From: Blastocladiella emersonii ATCC 22665
Lineage: Eukaryota; Fungi; Blastocladiomycota
DNA: 64,000 nt
Assembly: GCA_025594325.1 (NCBI GenBank)
Contig: JANHCV010000002.1
Location: 868,001 to 932,000 of the forward strand
Direction: 5' to 3'
The notes under the pieces are model-generated. The model made no database searches. It had not been told where the DNA came from and was given only the letters and a program-made list of their open reading frames with translations. Made by a program: the position numbers and the translations under genes. Positions 11,213 through 23,707 of this stretch are shown here, piece after piece (position 1 is the first letter of the stretch; the number at the start of each line of letters is the position of its first letter).

Positions 11213-14200
11213 CTCGAGGTAGATGCGTGTGATTCGCCGAACTCGTCCCATCCCTGCAAAACTGGACGCGTTGGTCGAGCAGGTGAGTGGCGCAACGCGT
11301 CCTCACTGAACGCGTTATTGCTGCTCAGCGAAACCAACGCACAAACTGTGAGAACAACGTCTATCTAAAAAGATCTTCAAAAAAAAACAATCGGCATACA
11401 CTGAGCGGCTTCTCCGACTCGACCCCCACGCGCGAACTGGTGAGCCAGCCGCCGTTACTGGGAGCGAGATCGGATCAGCCCATCTGGGGCGCCTTCTGCT
11501 GAGGCGCCTCGACCTTGGACTTGGACTTGGGCTGCTTCGGCTCCCACCAAAAGTCCTTGTCGCACACCTTGCCAGCGGACGGGTACGAGCGGACCTCCTG
11601 ATGGGATTCCGGCTTGATCCACGCGCCGGGTGCGAAGCAGATCGACTGGATTTCCTCCTCGTCGAGCCCGAGCTCGAAGGTGCCGTGCGTGATGGCGCGG
11701 CCGACGGCCTTGGCGGCGGCGAACTTGGGCGCGGCGAACATGGGGCCACTCGTGGACAGGGCTACGCGGGAGAGGGAAGTCGAAGGGTCAGTGTGTGCGT
11801 GCGTGCAGTCGAGTACTCGCGCACACGAAAACGTACCGAGTAGATGTGCTCGACGGGCTTGGACGCGGCCGTCGTGTCCACGAGCGGCGCATCCGTGGCG
11901 TACTGCCAGCCGTCGTCCGACATGAACTTCTCGAACGCGGCGTCGACGACCTTGGCGTTGGTGTAGGCGCCGGCGCCGAACAGGGACGGCTTGGGGAACG
12001 GCGCGGGCTTGGGCTTGGGCTTGGGCGCCGCGAACGACTCGATCGTCTCAGAGATCTACACGACCGGGGATCAACCGAGTGCGTGTCAGCAGTGCGCCTC
12101 GATCGAGACCCACGGTAAAGAAAAAAAAAAAAAAAAAACGTACCACAACCTGCTGAGCGGCGATCTCGGCCTCGGGCGTCTCCGAGTACGCGGCGATGCC
12201 CGTCGTTGAGGCCGGCGACGTCACGGTCTTGGCGAAGCGGTCGATGCCGGGCGTGCGGAGGCCGAGCCGGTTCGCCACGCCCTTGAGCGCGCGGCCGATG
12301 GGCGAGGAGCGCGAGACCTACACAGCGAATACAGTCAGATGGGGTACGCGGGACGAGCTGGCTCGGCGGAAAGGAGAGACGTACCGAGTGGAGCTCCTTG
12401 TGCGCGGCGTACTGCGCCTTGATGTCGGCGGGGAGCGAGGGCGTGCCGCCGACCTCGACCGTGTCGACGCCGATCGGGACGGGCACAATGGGCGCGGTCC
12501 AGTGCGCGAGGAACGCCGCCTGCTCCGACGCCGTGCGCTCGCGCGGAACGAACGGCACTGGTACCTCGGGGACCTTGAGGCGCAGCGCGTCCTCGAGCCT
12601 CTGGGTGATCACGAAGTTGATGATCTCGCCCGGGCCGAGCGCGTACGACGGGTACTTGATCTCGAGCGCGGCGGGCGTCAGGTCGGCGACGTCGGTGCCC
12701 GAGTCGGCGGGGGGCATGGTGCGAAGTAGGCGGCGGAGGGTAGACGTGATGCTGCCGGCAAGCGACTTGAGCGAGAGCGGGGTGAAGAAGGTCGACGCGA
12801 CGCGGCCCATGAACTTGTCGGTGCTGGCCACAAACGAGTGGAGCCGGAACGAGACCCCGCTGCGCGACACGAAAACCGACACGACGGGCGCCGACGTAAG
12901 GACCGACATGACGGGCGCCGACGCGAGGACCGAGGGCAGCGGCAGACGGTGAACCGCGACGTCGCCGAGCGAGGAGCTGCTGCTGGTGCCCGTGTGCGCG
13001 GTGGCGGTCAGCAGGCCGACAGGAACACGGGCCGAGGGTGGGAGGTGGACCACCACGGTGCCGAGCGAGTAGCTGTAAGTGTTCGAGAGCGCGGTGGAAG
13101 TGAGGAGGCCAGCGGGAACACGGGCCCGGATCGTGGACTTGGCCGCGGTGTCGACGAGCGAGAGGGCCGGGCGAGAGCGCGTGATGGTGGCCTTGGACTT
13201 GGTGACGGCCGCGAGAAGGCCAGCGGGAACGCGCGCGAGCAGGAAGGCCATGGCCGAGGCGTTGAACGAGAGCGTGACGCGCGAGCCGGTCGTAGTAGTA
13301 GTCGTGGAAGCGGCCGTGAGGAGGTCAGCGAGCGCGCGCGCACGAAGGAAGGCCGCGGCCACGGCAGCGAGCGTGAACGTAGTGGTGCGCGAGTCAGTCG
13401 CGGTGGTAGTAGTGGCAGCGGCCGTGATGAGGCCGACGGAGGCGTGAGGCCGACGAGAAACCGCGGTCGACTTGGTGTTGGCGATGATGAAGGTCAGGTC
13501 GTAGCCGGAAGCTGCGAGCGAGAGGGCCATGGCGTTGCGGTAGACGAGGCGAGTCGTGTTGGAGAGGCCGAGCAGCGAGGCGACGGCGACGGGCGCGACC
13601 ACGGTGCCGAACGAGGCGACGGTGGAGGCGGCGGTCGCGGCCACCGAGTACACGCGGCGCGAGTCGTCGAGCTTGGCGTGCGGGAACGCGATCACGAGCG
13701 CGTGGAAGACAAAGTCGACGGTGAGCCTGAACAGCTGCATGAAGTACTCGAACAGCAGCACCGACATGGCGGCGGCGGCGGCGGGGTGGCGGTCCATGGT
13801 GAAGACGGAGCCCGCGGCGAGTGCTGGTAGTCGAGGATGCGGTGGCGCAGCAGCGAGATGAGCGGCGCGAGGGTCTACGAGGGGGTGGCGCAGCAGGCAG
13901 CAGCGAGCGAGGTGCGGCGCGAGACGAGCGACGCGGGAAGCAGCACCGATCGGGTGCGTGGTGCGTGGTGCGTGGTGCAGTGGGTGGGGTAGGGAAGTGT
14001 GCGGCGGCAGGACGTCAGAGGACGAACGGCAGCAGCGAGTATCGATAGGATGCGGAGAACACGATGATGTCGGATCACGGATCTACGCGACGAGGACGGG
14101 GGTCAGTTTGCATGCATCGATGGTCGAGATTCATGGTGATGGTCATGAGCGCGATGATAGTTGCCTGGATCAAATCGATATTGGGGGGGTGAGGGAGCAG

Positions 14201-15265
14201 GAGAGAGGGAGGCCGGATCAGCTCGTACTTTGAGCGGGCGGGGCACGGCCGCGCCCACTGCTGTCGAGCGAGGGGGCTGGTTCCAGTCATGTTGGGCGAC
14301 AGCGAGAACTGGCCGACAGGTCCGACTGAACGGGCGTGGGCGACTGGTCACGCCTGACCGTGAAGGTAAACGAAGCGCGAGCAGAGCGGCGGCAAGGCTT
14401 GACTTGACGCGAGCGGTTGCGGGAGGCATCGTGGTCGAGCGAGGCCGAGTGCAGCGGGCTACGTCGCAAAGGACGAGATCCGTCGCCACGTCGAGAGGAC
14501 GCGCGGCGGGCGACGATAATTGGTGTGCGCCGCGGTCACGACACCGGGTCGCCGGCCGCGTGTCCCGCAGAGAGAGAGCGCCGAGAGCGGCGCGGCGGGA
14601 CGGATGACTGGCCGCCCAACACGAGCACGGTGCTCGCAATGCAGTCTGATGACCCCGACCGCGACTCGCCGCAATGGCAGCGTCACGGCCACCTCCATGA
14701 TGATTGCCGTGTCAAAGAACTCAAAGTTTGCGCCGCGACGGCACCGAAGGAGCGGTGCACGCGAGCGACGACGCGTCAACCGCCCGTTGCGGCGACCACT
14801 CCTCGCTCCGCCCTTCGACTATGCCATCTGCGGATCCCCAAAGGCATCGATAGGACGCGCGCGGACGGTGAGTGCGTTCACGAACAACACCGTGAGCCGT
14901 GAGTGGGGTGCCGTGACTCGCTGCTGAGGATGGCAGGGTGGGACGACCGCCGCCGCCGAACCCGTTCCATTCGCTGCGTGTACTCGCACTCATCGACCTC
15001 ACCCGCTTCACTCGTCGCATTGCTTCCACCGTTGCTGTTTGTCTCGCGACGCGGATCTTCCTGCCCGAGGGGATCGCGCGGGGGCAACGCGTCGTGCCGC
15101 GTGCGGAACATCTCCGCGTGATGACTGCAGCGGCTCGCTTCCTCCCGCGCTTCGATGCTAGTCGTCATCCCATGCAAACAACGCCGGTTCCCAGTCCTCG
15201 CAACTTCCCGCATCGTATTCTGCGCACCTCGAGAGAGTCAGTTTGGCGGTGTCGCCTGCACGGCG
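11213..15265 (-). repeat. Left arm of 4,053-bp inverted duplication
   Basis: Reverse complement of 38187-42239. Paired coordinates sum to 53452 at both ends and for all ORFs, so there are no indels. One substitution found (13039 vs 40413). Confidence 0.97.
11475..13797 (-). CDS. Hypothetical Ser/Thr/Ala-rich protein with degenerate internal repeats, copy A (four exons; last junction appears out of frame)
   Basis: Mirror of 39655-41977. Confidence 0.55.
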
Positions 15266-15419
15266 CGCCGAGGGGATCGGACGTCGCTTCTTCGGCACGG
15301 GCACACAAGACCATGATTCCGCCTTGCCCACTGGTGTCCTCTCTGAAACCCTTTCCACTTAACCTCAATTACGTTCTCGATCTGCAACACTGTAAGTTCA
15401 TGTATCCCCTTCCCCTCCT

Positions 15420-16247
15420 TCACGCATCGAGCGTCCCCTTGGTCGACGGGATCGCGTCGGCGGCCCCGTACGGCGCAACGGCCTCGCGCACCGCAACAGC
15501 AAACGCCTTGAACGCGGCCTCGGACTTGTGGTGGTCGTTGGTCCCCTTGAGTACGTCGACGTGGAGCGTGATGGCGGCGGCGCTCGCAAACGACTCGAAG
15601 AAGTGCGGGATCATCTCCGTCGACAGTGCGCCGATCGTCGGCCGCGTGAAGGTGACGGGCCCGCCGAAATCGCAGTGCGCGCGGCCCGAAATGTCGACCA
15701 CGGCGCGCGCCAGCGCCTCGTCGAGCGGCGCGTACGCGTAGCCGTACCGCCGGATGCCCTTGGGCGGGCCTACAGAGTGAGGTTGTGTGAGCTCTGTCCG
15801 AGTGCGATGCAGCTTGGGCGTGGGAGAGCGTACCAAGCGCAGCCTTGAACGCGGCACCCATGGCGATTCCGACGTCCTCGACCGTGTGGTGGTCGTCGAC
15901 GTGCAGGTCGCCGACGCACCGCACGCGCAGCGACGAGCCCGAGTGCTTGGCGAACGCGTGGAGCATCTACACCGGTATCGCCGTCGTCGTCAGAACCGGT
16001 CCGCGCACTCTTGCCGACTTGCGTCGCGTACGTGGTCAAAGAACCCGATCCCCGTGTCCACGTCAATCACGGCGTTGGGCACGGGCGCGCCGTGCGACGG
16101 GAGCGTCAGCTGAATCGAAATGTCCGTTTCGCCCGTCTTGCGCTCGATGGTCGCGGTCCGCGGCGGCAGCGGAGCGGCGGGGGCAGCGGGCTTGGAGGCC
16201 GCGGAAGCTGTGGCAGTAGCGGCGGCGGCGTTCTTGCGTGGAGACAT
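15420..16247 (-). CDS. HIS3: Imidazoleglycerol-phosphate dehydratase; complement(join(15420..15769,15834..15966,16032..16247)), about 232 aa
   Basis: [64 protein letters not shown]. Two canonical introns of 65 and 64 nt. Confidence 0.97.
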
Positions 16248-16564
16248 GGTGGTTTCTTGTTGCACGAGGCCAGTTACATGAAAGTATCGTGTGAATTCGT
16301 GTGCGGGAGAGAGGGGGAGAGAGCTTCGAGAACCGCACGCGGGTCCGGCCCTCGATCGCTCGCTCGGCTCTCGCGTCTTGTCAGCTTCCGACCCGGGCTT
16401 CCGGCTTGACGCGTGAGCCATGAGTCGAGGTCGAACCTGCGATGAGTCGTCGTCGGCCATCGCACCATCTCTAACGAGAGCTATCAGGGACGGACCAAGG
16501 ATCATACAGAACGCGAACGGATCAATTGAGCAAACTACTACTAAACTATGCAACCGTAACGACT

Positions 16565-19500
16565 CTAGTCCTTGAGCTTGAGGAAGTTCTCGATGCTGGC
16601 CGAGAGCAGGGCGACCTCGGCCTCGAGCGACTTGAGCTTGGCGTCGTTGGCGTCGCGGACGTCGGCCTTGATCTTGGTCTCGTACCCGTCAATGCTCATC
16701 TTCTTCTTGAGCGCCTCGACGGCGGCCACGACCTTGGTGCGCTTGGCCTCGACCTTGGCGACCTCGGCGTCGACGTCAACGAAGCCCTTGACCATGAGCG
16801 CGACCGCGAGCGTGTCGGAGAGCGTGGCGGCGGCGGTGCCGGCGGGGAGCTCGGCGCCGGGCTGGTCGAGGATCTCGACCGACTGCAGGCCCTTGATGAG
16901 CGCGCCCATGACGGGGGTGGCGGTGCGGAACAGGTCGGCGGTGGCGGCGACGGGCGTCGAGACGAAGACGGCGGCCGAGGGGACGCCGTACTCGGTCTGG
17001 AGCGAGCGCACGGTGCGGACGGCGTCGAGGACCGAGTCGAACTGCTTGGCGGCGTCGTCGAAGGGCGCCCAGTCGGCGCGGAACTCGGGGTACGCGGCGA
17101 GCATGATGGACGAGGTCTGGCCGGCCTGGCGCGGCAGGCGCTGCCACAGCTCCTCGGTGACGAAGGGCATGATCGGGTGCAGCAGGCGCAGGCCCTGGTC
17201 GAGGCACGTGTACAGCGTGGCCTTGGCCGAGTCGGTGGTGAGCACCTTGGCCGCCTCGAGGTACACGTCGCACAGCTCGTACAGCCAGAACTGGTGCATG
17301 GCCGTGGTCGTGGCCATGAAGTTCATGGCCTCGAGGTTGGCGTTGACCTCGGCCGCGGCCTTGTTGAGCTTGGACAGGATCCACTTCTCGACGGGCGACG
17401 CGTCCTTGGCCGGGTTCCACTTGGCGGGGAGCTTGTAGTCGGCGGGCAGCTTGGACAGGGCGAAACGGGTCGCGTTCCACAGCTTGTTGCAGAACTTGCG
17501 GTACCCCTCGACGCGCAGGATGTCGAGGTTGATGTCGCGGCCCGACGACGTGTACGCGCACAGCGCGAACCGGAGCGCGTCGGTGCCGCACTCGGGGATA
17601 CCCTTGGGGAAGTCGGCCTTCTGGCCGGCCTTGGCCTTCTCGATCTCGCGCGGGTCGAGGTTGCCCTCCTCGAGGCGCTGGTTGAGCGCGGCGAGCGTGA
17701 TGCCCTCGATCACGTCGAGCGGGTCAATCACGTTGCCGAGCGACTTGGACATCTTGCGGCCGTGCGCGTCGCGCACCATGGCGTGGCAGAAGACGCGCTT
17801 GAAGGGAACCTTGCCCGTGAGCTTGATGCCGAGCATGACCATGCGCACGACCCAGAAGAAGAGAATGTCCCACCCGGTCTCGAGGAGCGACGTCGGGTAG
17901 AAGAGCTCGAGGTCCTCGGTCTTGTCGGGCCACCCGAAGATGGAGAAGGGCCACAGGCCCGACGAGAACCACGTGTCGAGGACGTCGGGGTCCTGCTCGA
18001 GCGTGAACTTCTGGCCGGGGAACCGCTTGCGCGCCTCGGCGGTCGCCTCGGCCTCGGTGCGGCCCGACACCCAGAAGGACGACTCCTCGGCGTCGGCGGG
18101 GTTGCCACCGGCGAGGCGCACGTAGTAGGCCGGGATGCGGTGGCCCCACCAGAGCTGGCGCGAGATGCACCAGTCCTGGATGTTCTCGAGCCAGCGGAAC
18201 CACTCCTTCTCCGAGGCCTTGGGCTGGATCTCGAGCTCGCCCGACCGGACCGCCTCCATGGCCTGCTTGGCCATGTCCTTGCAGTTGACCCACCACTGCG
18301 GCTTGAGGCGCGGCTCAATCACGTCGCCCGACCGCGAGCACACGGGGAGCTCCATGGCGTTGTCCTTGGTCTCGCGGTACAGGCCCTTGGCCTTGAGGGC
18401 CTCGAGCACGGCGTAGCGGGCGTCGAACCGCTTGGTGCCGGCGAAGGGGCCCGCGTTCTCGTTCATGGTGCCGTCGTCGTTGAGGATGTTGATGAACTGG
18501 AGGTTGTGGCGGGTGCCCATGGCGTAGTCGTTGGGGTCGTGCGCGGGGGTGATCTTGACGGCACCGGTCCCGAACTCCATGTCGACGTACGTGTCGGCGA
18601 TGATGGGCAGCTCGTGGCCGTCGATGAACGGGTGCGCGACCTTGGTGCCGACGAGGTGCTGGTACCGCTTGTCCTCGGGGTGCACGGCAATGGCGGTATC
18701 GCCGAGCATGGTCTCGATACGAGTGGTGGCGACGACGATCTCGCCCTCGCCGCCGGGGAGCGGGTACGCAAAGTAGTGGATGACGCCGAACTCGACCTTG
18801 CGGTCGTAGCCGGGGAGCGACAGGAGGGTGCGGCCCTTGAGCTCCTTGTTGTCGACCTCGAGGTTGGACAGGGCCGTGTTGAGGTGCGAGCACCAGTTGA
18901 CGAGGCGCGTGGAGCGGTAGATGATGCCCTCCTGGTGCAGGCGGACAAAGGCCTCGTTGACGGCCTTGGACAGCATCGGGTCCATGGTGAAGCGGGCGCG
19001 GTCCCAGTCGCCCGAGGTGCCGAGGCGGCGCAGCTGCGTGTAGATGCGGTCGCCGTACAGCTGCTTCCACTCCCACACCTTCTCGAGGAACTTTTCGCGG
19101 CCGAGCATGTGGCGCGTGGTCTTGGACTCCTTGTAGATGCGCTTCTCGACGATGGACTGGGTCGCGATACCGGCGTGGTCGCAGCCCGGGTTGTACAGCA
19201 CCGTCTTGCCGAGCATGCGGTTCCAGCGCGTGAGCGAGTCCTGGATCGACACGGTGAGGGCGTGGCCTACGTCGCGTCGATCGAATCTGTCAGTGGGCGG
19301 CGCAGATCAGACACACATGAAGCCGAGAACGGACCGAGATGCAGCGAGCCGGTCACGTTGGGCGGCGGGATCGGGATCACGTAGGTGCCGCGCGGGTTGG
19401 CCTTGCCGTCGGCCTGGGTCTGGGGCTTGAAGTAGCCGGCCTTCTCCCACCACGCGTTCCACGCGGCCTCGACGGCCTTGGGCGCGTAGGCGGCGGCCAT

Positions 19501-19866
19501 GGGCGCCGACAGGTCCTTCTTCTCGCCGGCGGGCGTCGTGTTGACGAACTCGGGCTCGGCGGGGGCGGCCGCGGCGGCCTCCTTCTTGGCGCCCTTGGCA
19601 GCAGCAGCAGCGGGGGCAGCAGCCTTCTTCTGCTTCTTGTCCTTCTTGCCCTCGGCGGCAGCGGCCTCGACGTCGGCGCCGTCAGCGGCGGGCGCGGCGT
19701 CGGCCTGCTTGGCCTGCTTGGCCAGGAACTTGGCCATCTTGGCGGCCTTCTTGGCCTCGTTCTTGGCCTGGTTCTTGGACAGCGTGGCGGCGGCCTCGGC
19801 GTCGGTCGGGGCGGCAGCGGGCGCCGCGGGGGCAGCGGCCGCCGGAGTCTCGGGCTTCGTCGACAT
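16565..19866 (-). CDS. VAS1: Valyl-tRNA synthetase; complement(join(16565..19266,19335..19866)), about 1077 aa
   Basis: [13 protein letters not shown] (HIGH motif, rebuilt across intron 19267-19334), [36 protein letters not shown]. Confidence 0.98.
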
Positions 19867-20451
19867 GGTGATGCGTTGCGATGACGAGGTCGCCGATCCG
19901 CTGGGTGCACGGTGGTTTTGTCGAAGGGGGGCAGGGGAGGGGAGGCGTCGCGCGGGCCGGCCGGCCGCCACACACGCGCAGAGGCAAAAGCGCAAGAGCG
20001 AGGCCGAGGAGTCGGCGCGAACGTGACCAAACTCACGCTCAGCTGACCCCGTCGCTGTCTCCCTTTCGAGGTCGCGCCGACGCGTTTTCTCTCTCTCCTC
20101 GCCGTCAGAGAGCGTGAGTCGCGACCTGCGTGGCCTTCAGTCACGCTTGAGCGCGGTCGTGGTGCCGAGGAGCGACCTAGAGCTGCCTCTGGCGCGACGC
20201 GGGCCTTGACCGACTCGCTACACCTCTGGACGAGCTTCGTGAAGCGATGGATGAATTGGTGCTGTAACAAACCGCGAGAGGATCTCGGATAGCGAGGTGT
20301 GTCGCTTGTTCAGCACGTCGATCAGATCGCCCGATGAGCTCGGCAGCCCGTCGGTCGGCGGCGAAGGCCCTCGGCTCACTTCTCCTCCTCGCGCCTTTCA
20401 ACGTTGCTCCCTCTACGGAGCGCCACACTCATCGCAATGTATTCATCGACC

Positions 20452-21530
20452 ATGCACTTGCGATCCGCCGCGTCGCCGCTCGCGTGCGTGCTACGCCGCC
20501 GCGCCTTCCACGGCACGCGCGCCGCGTACAAGGTGTCGACGTCGCAGCTGCTGCGGAACGGGCACGGCGTGACGTTCCCGTGGCGGTTCGAGGACACGCC
20601 CGAGCGTCTGTCGCCCGAGGACGCCATCTTCCACGGCGAGCCGCGCGACGTGTGGTCGCTGTGGGTGCAGCAGCCCGTGGTGCGGCGCATCTCGCGGTTC
20701 ATCGGGGAGCAGGCCATCGTCAACAACCTCGGCATGGACTACTTCCCCGACAAGTTCCTCCAGGGGGTCTACCTCGCCGCTAAGCCCGCCCTCGAGAGCC
20801 TGTCGTTCTCGCCCGCCGACCCCGACGCGTGGGACGGCGAGCATATCTCCGACTTTTACACGCCCGCTCTGCATGCGCGGATGGCGCGCGAGTACGCCAA
20901 GCTCAAGGAGAAGGGGGATATTGGGATCGAGATCGCCGTCCCGCGCGTCTACGACGCCTACGTCCTCGACACGTGGCTCAACGTACGCTACTTTCCTCGC
21001 TCGATCCTCGTTCGAATCATACATTGACTCTCCCCGACACGCGCGCGTAGTTCGGTCCCAAGCAGGCCAAGGGCCAGTTCCTGACGTACCCGCCGCCGCA
21101 GGGCCTCAAGTTCGGCACCGTCTTCTTCGCGCTCCCGCCGCCGAGCGCGCGGCCCAAGAACCCGGACGCGACGTCCATGGACATGGCCAAGTCGGTCTTC
21201 TTCTCCAAGGACATGGGTCTGCAGGTCCACATTGACGTGGTCGTGACCGCCGACATTGCCGTGACCGTGTACGAGCACGCGCCGGAACCCGCCCCGACGA
21301 CCGAGACGGCCGTCGCGGAAACGGCGGTCCGTGGCACCCCGATCGTCCACGAGACGAGCGAGCGCCGCGACGTCGTCCTGCGCTTCTCGTCGCCCTACTT
21401 CAGCCCCGCCGACTCCATCTCGCGCAGCGGGCCCGGCGGGCCCGACGACCGGGTCTGGAACTGGGCGTGGCGCGTCGCGGACGTCGATTACTTGCTCACG
21501 TCCGAGTACCTCAAGTCGATTGAGGAGTAG
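20452..21530 (+). CDS. Probable mitochondrial protein, MAIP1/Mba1/Tim44-like; join(20452..20982,21051..21530), about 336 aa (alternative ATG at 20437)
   Basis: Arg-rich presequence-like N-terminus (LRRRAFHGTRAAY), segment YFPDKFLQGVYLAAKPALESLS and C-terminal WRVADVDY. 68-nt intron 20983-21050. Family assignment is by resemblance only. Confidence 0.5.
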
Positions 21531-21877
21531 TCCGTGTCATGCAAATGAATGTGTGTGTATCTATCGTAGCCGCGCCAAACACAGCCGCTCTTGTGGGGGG
21601 AAACAACAAAACTGGGGGATGAGAAGGAAGGGAGGGGAGGGAGGCGAACACGCGAATAACTTTCCCGTTCAACAGTAGCAACAAAATGGGACGACGGAGG
21701 GAGGGGAGGGGAGTGAGGTATGAAGAGGCTCGATGACGAGATATGCGCCAATCCAAACGCCAACGACGAGCGCGCGGCGCACGGCGCACGGACGCGTCCC
21801 ACCCATGCCGCGCGCTGGCCCAAGGAGCTCACGGACGCGCGAGCCCCTCGCGCACGCGATATGGGCACGATGCGCGA

Positions 21878-23707
21878 CTACCGCGCACTCGCGCCGCGCT
21901 CGTGCAGCGCCTGCTTGAGCTGCAGGATCTGGGCAGGCGACAGGGTCTTGAGCTGCTCGTGCAGCGTGGACCGGTCGCTGAGCAGACGGCGGACGAACTC
22001 CTCGTCGAGCAGCGTCTCACCACCGGCGGGGTGCCCGACGGGCTGCGGCGTGGTGCCGCGCGGTGGTGGCAGCCCCGACGCCATAGCAGCCATGTGCGCA
22101 GCGCTCGCGGGCCCGCGCATCGGCGGCGCGCCGGCGCCAGCGCCAGCCCCCGACGACGCGGAGCGGGGCGGGAACGCGGTTGTTGGGCTGGCGACGGGCG
22201 AGGCGCCGGCGACGGTGCCGGGGACCGGGATCCCGGACGGCAGGCCGCCGAGCATCGACAGGCGCGTCTCGTTGATGTAGGCGCGTGGTGGCTGGTACCC
22301 GTTCTTGGTCAGGTAAATCGAGTCGCGCGGGTTGACGCGCGAGTGCTGGCGCGGCGGCGGCATCGACCCGGCACGCGTCGACGCGCCCATCATGGAGCTG
22401 CGCTGGCGCGTCGGGAACGCGGGCGGCGCGGCAGCAGCGGGCGGTTGCTGGCTGACGTTGGACGACGTGAGCGAGTCCATGTCGGACGCGGTATCCTCGT
22501 CTTCGTTGGGCGGCAGCGGGTCGTCCATGGACGGCTCCGTGTAGTAGCCCTGGCCGCCGTCACCGTCCTCGCCGTCGCTCCACTCCTCGTCCGACGCCTC
22601 GTGGATGATGGTCTCGGCGGCAAACTGCACCTTGACCGTCGGGCGCACCTCGCTCGGCGCGAACTGGCTGCTCGGGCGCAGGCGGCCCAGCGTGTACGCC
22701 TTGTTGGCGGGCACGATGCGCGAGTGCGGGTCGGCCGAGCGCGGGGATGGCGACGCGCCGGGCGCCATGGCGGTCGGGGCAGCGGGTTCGGCGCTCGGCG
22801 CGACCTCGGCGGCGGCAGCGGGCGACTGGCGAGGCTGCTCCACCTGCTGCGGCTGCTGCTCGGGCTGCGGCGGCAGCTCGTGCGCGGCATCGTCGTCGCC
22901 CGTCAGGTCGTCGTAGTAGGCGAGGTACGAGTAGCGCGGGTCGTTGAGCGAGATGACCGAGGCGCGGCTGGCGGGGCCGGCGACCATGGGCTTGGGCGAC
23001 AGCGGCTCGAGGTGGTCGGCGGCGACCATGCGCGGGCCCACGGGCGTGATGGACAGGGCGTTGGTGGCGCGGCGCGGCGGCGGCGGCACCTCGCGCTGCG
23101 CCTGCGGGGCCTGCGGCTGCTGGGGTGGCGCAGCGGCAGCGGCGTCGTCGGCCGAGGTGGTCGGGTACGTGTTGGCGCGCTGCACGACGTGCAGCTGCGG
23201 CTGTGGCTGCGGGACGGCAGACTCGGCGGCGGGCGTCTCCTCGGTGGCGGAAGCAGCGATGATGGTCTGCGAGAGCGGGGTCGGGTTCGAGTGCGAGCGC
23301 GAGCGCGCTGGTGGCGCACCTGGACGAACAGGTGGCGAGGTCAGCGACCCAGACCAAGAGCGCGCAACACAGTAAGACGCAGTAGTACCAGAGGAAGCGT
23401 CCTGCGGCGTGTCGGGCGGGCTCGGCTGCTGGTGCTGGTGCTGATGGTGGTGATGAACGGGCGGGCTCGGCGAGGCGGGCAGCGGCGAGGCGGCGCCGGC
23501 GGCGCGCAGGCGCTCGACCTGTGACTTGAGCGAGAAGATGACCTGGCGCTGCTTCTCGACGAGGCTCCACAGCTGCTCGTTCTGCACGCGCAGCGCGTCG
23601 CGCTCCTGCACCAGATGCTGCTCGGCCGACGTCGGCGAGTCGACACGCACCGCGTCAGGCGCCCCGGCGACCGCTGCAGGGTCCATGGCGAGGACCGAGT
23701 CGGACAT
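21878..23707 (-). CDS. Hypothetical Pro/Ala-rich protein with N- and C-terminal coiled coils; complement(join(21878..23319,23389..23707)), about 586 aa
   Basis: High GC3 throughout except the 69-nt GTACTA...GCTGAC...CAG intron (23320-23388). N-terminal coil ERDALRVQNEQLWSLVEKQRQVIFSLKSQ. Confidence 0.75.
   Translation of the reverse strand: MSDSVLAMDPAAVAGAPDAVRVDSPTSAEQHLVQERDALRVQNEQLWSLVEKQRQVIFSLKSQVERLRAAGAASPLPASPSPPVHHHHQHQHQQPSPPDTPQDASSGTTASYCVARSWSGSLTSPPVRPGAPPARSRSHSNPTPLSQTIIAASATEETPAAESAVPQPQPQLHVVQRANTYPTTSADDAAAAAPPQQPQAPQAQREVPPPPRRATNALSITPVGPRMVAADHLEPLSPKPMVAGPASRASVISLNDPRYSYLAYYDDLTGDDDAAHELPPQPEQQPQQVEQPRQSPAAAAEVAPSAEPAAPTAMAPGASPSPRSADPHSRIVPANKAYTLGRLRPSSQFAPSEVRPTVKVQFAAETIIHEASDEEWSDGEDGDGGQGYYTEPSMDDPLPPNEDEDTASDMDSLTSSNVSQQPPAAAAPPAFPTRQRSSMMGASTRAGSMPPPRQHSRVNPRDSIYLTKNGYQPPRAYINETRLSMLGGLPSGIPVPGTVAGASPVASPTTAFPPRSASSGAGAGAGAPPMRGPASAAHMAAMASGLPPPRGTTPQPVGHPAGGETLLDEEFVRRLLSDRSTLHEQLKTLSPAQILQLKQALHERGASAR

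Noticed and set aside
10240-15265. Helitron or other transposon as the carrier of the duplicated gene and SNF2 fragment
   Set aside because: No 5' TC in an A|T target, no hairpin followed by CTRR at a matching end, no terminal inverted repeats or target-site duplication, and no Rep/helicase or transposase in the window.
23320-23388. A third atypical-codon patch
   Set aside because: It has a GT donor, a GCTGAC branch site and a CAG acceptor, so it is a stopless 3n intron.
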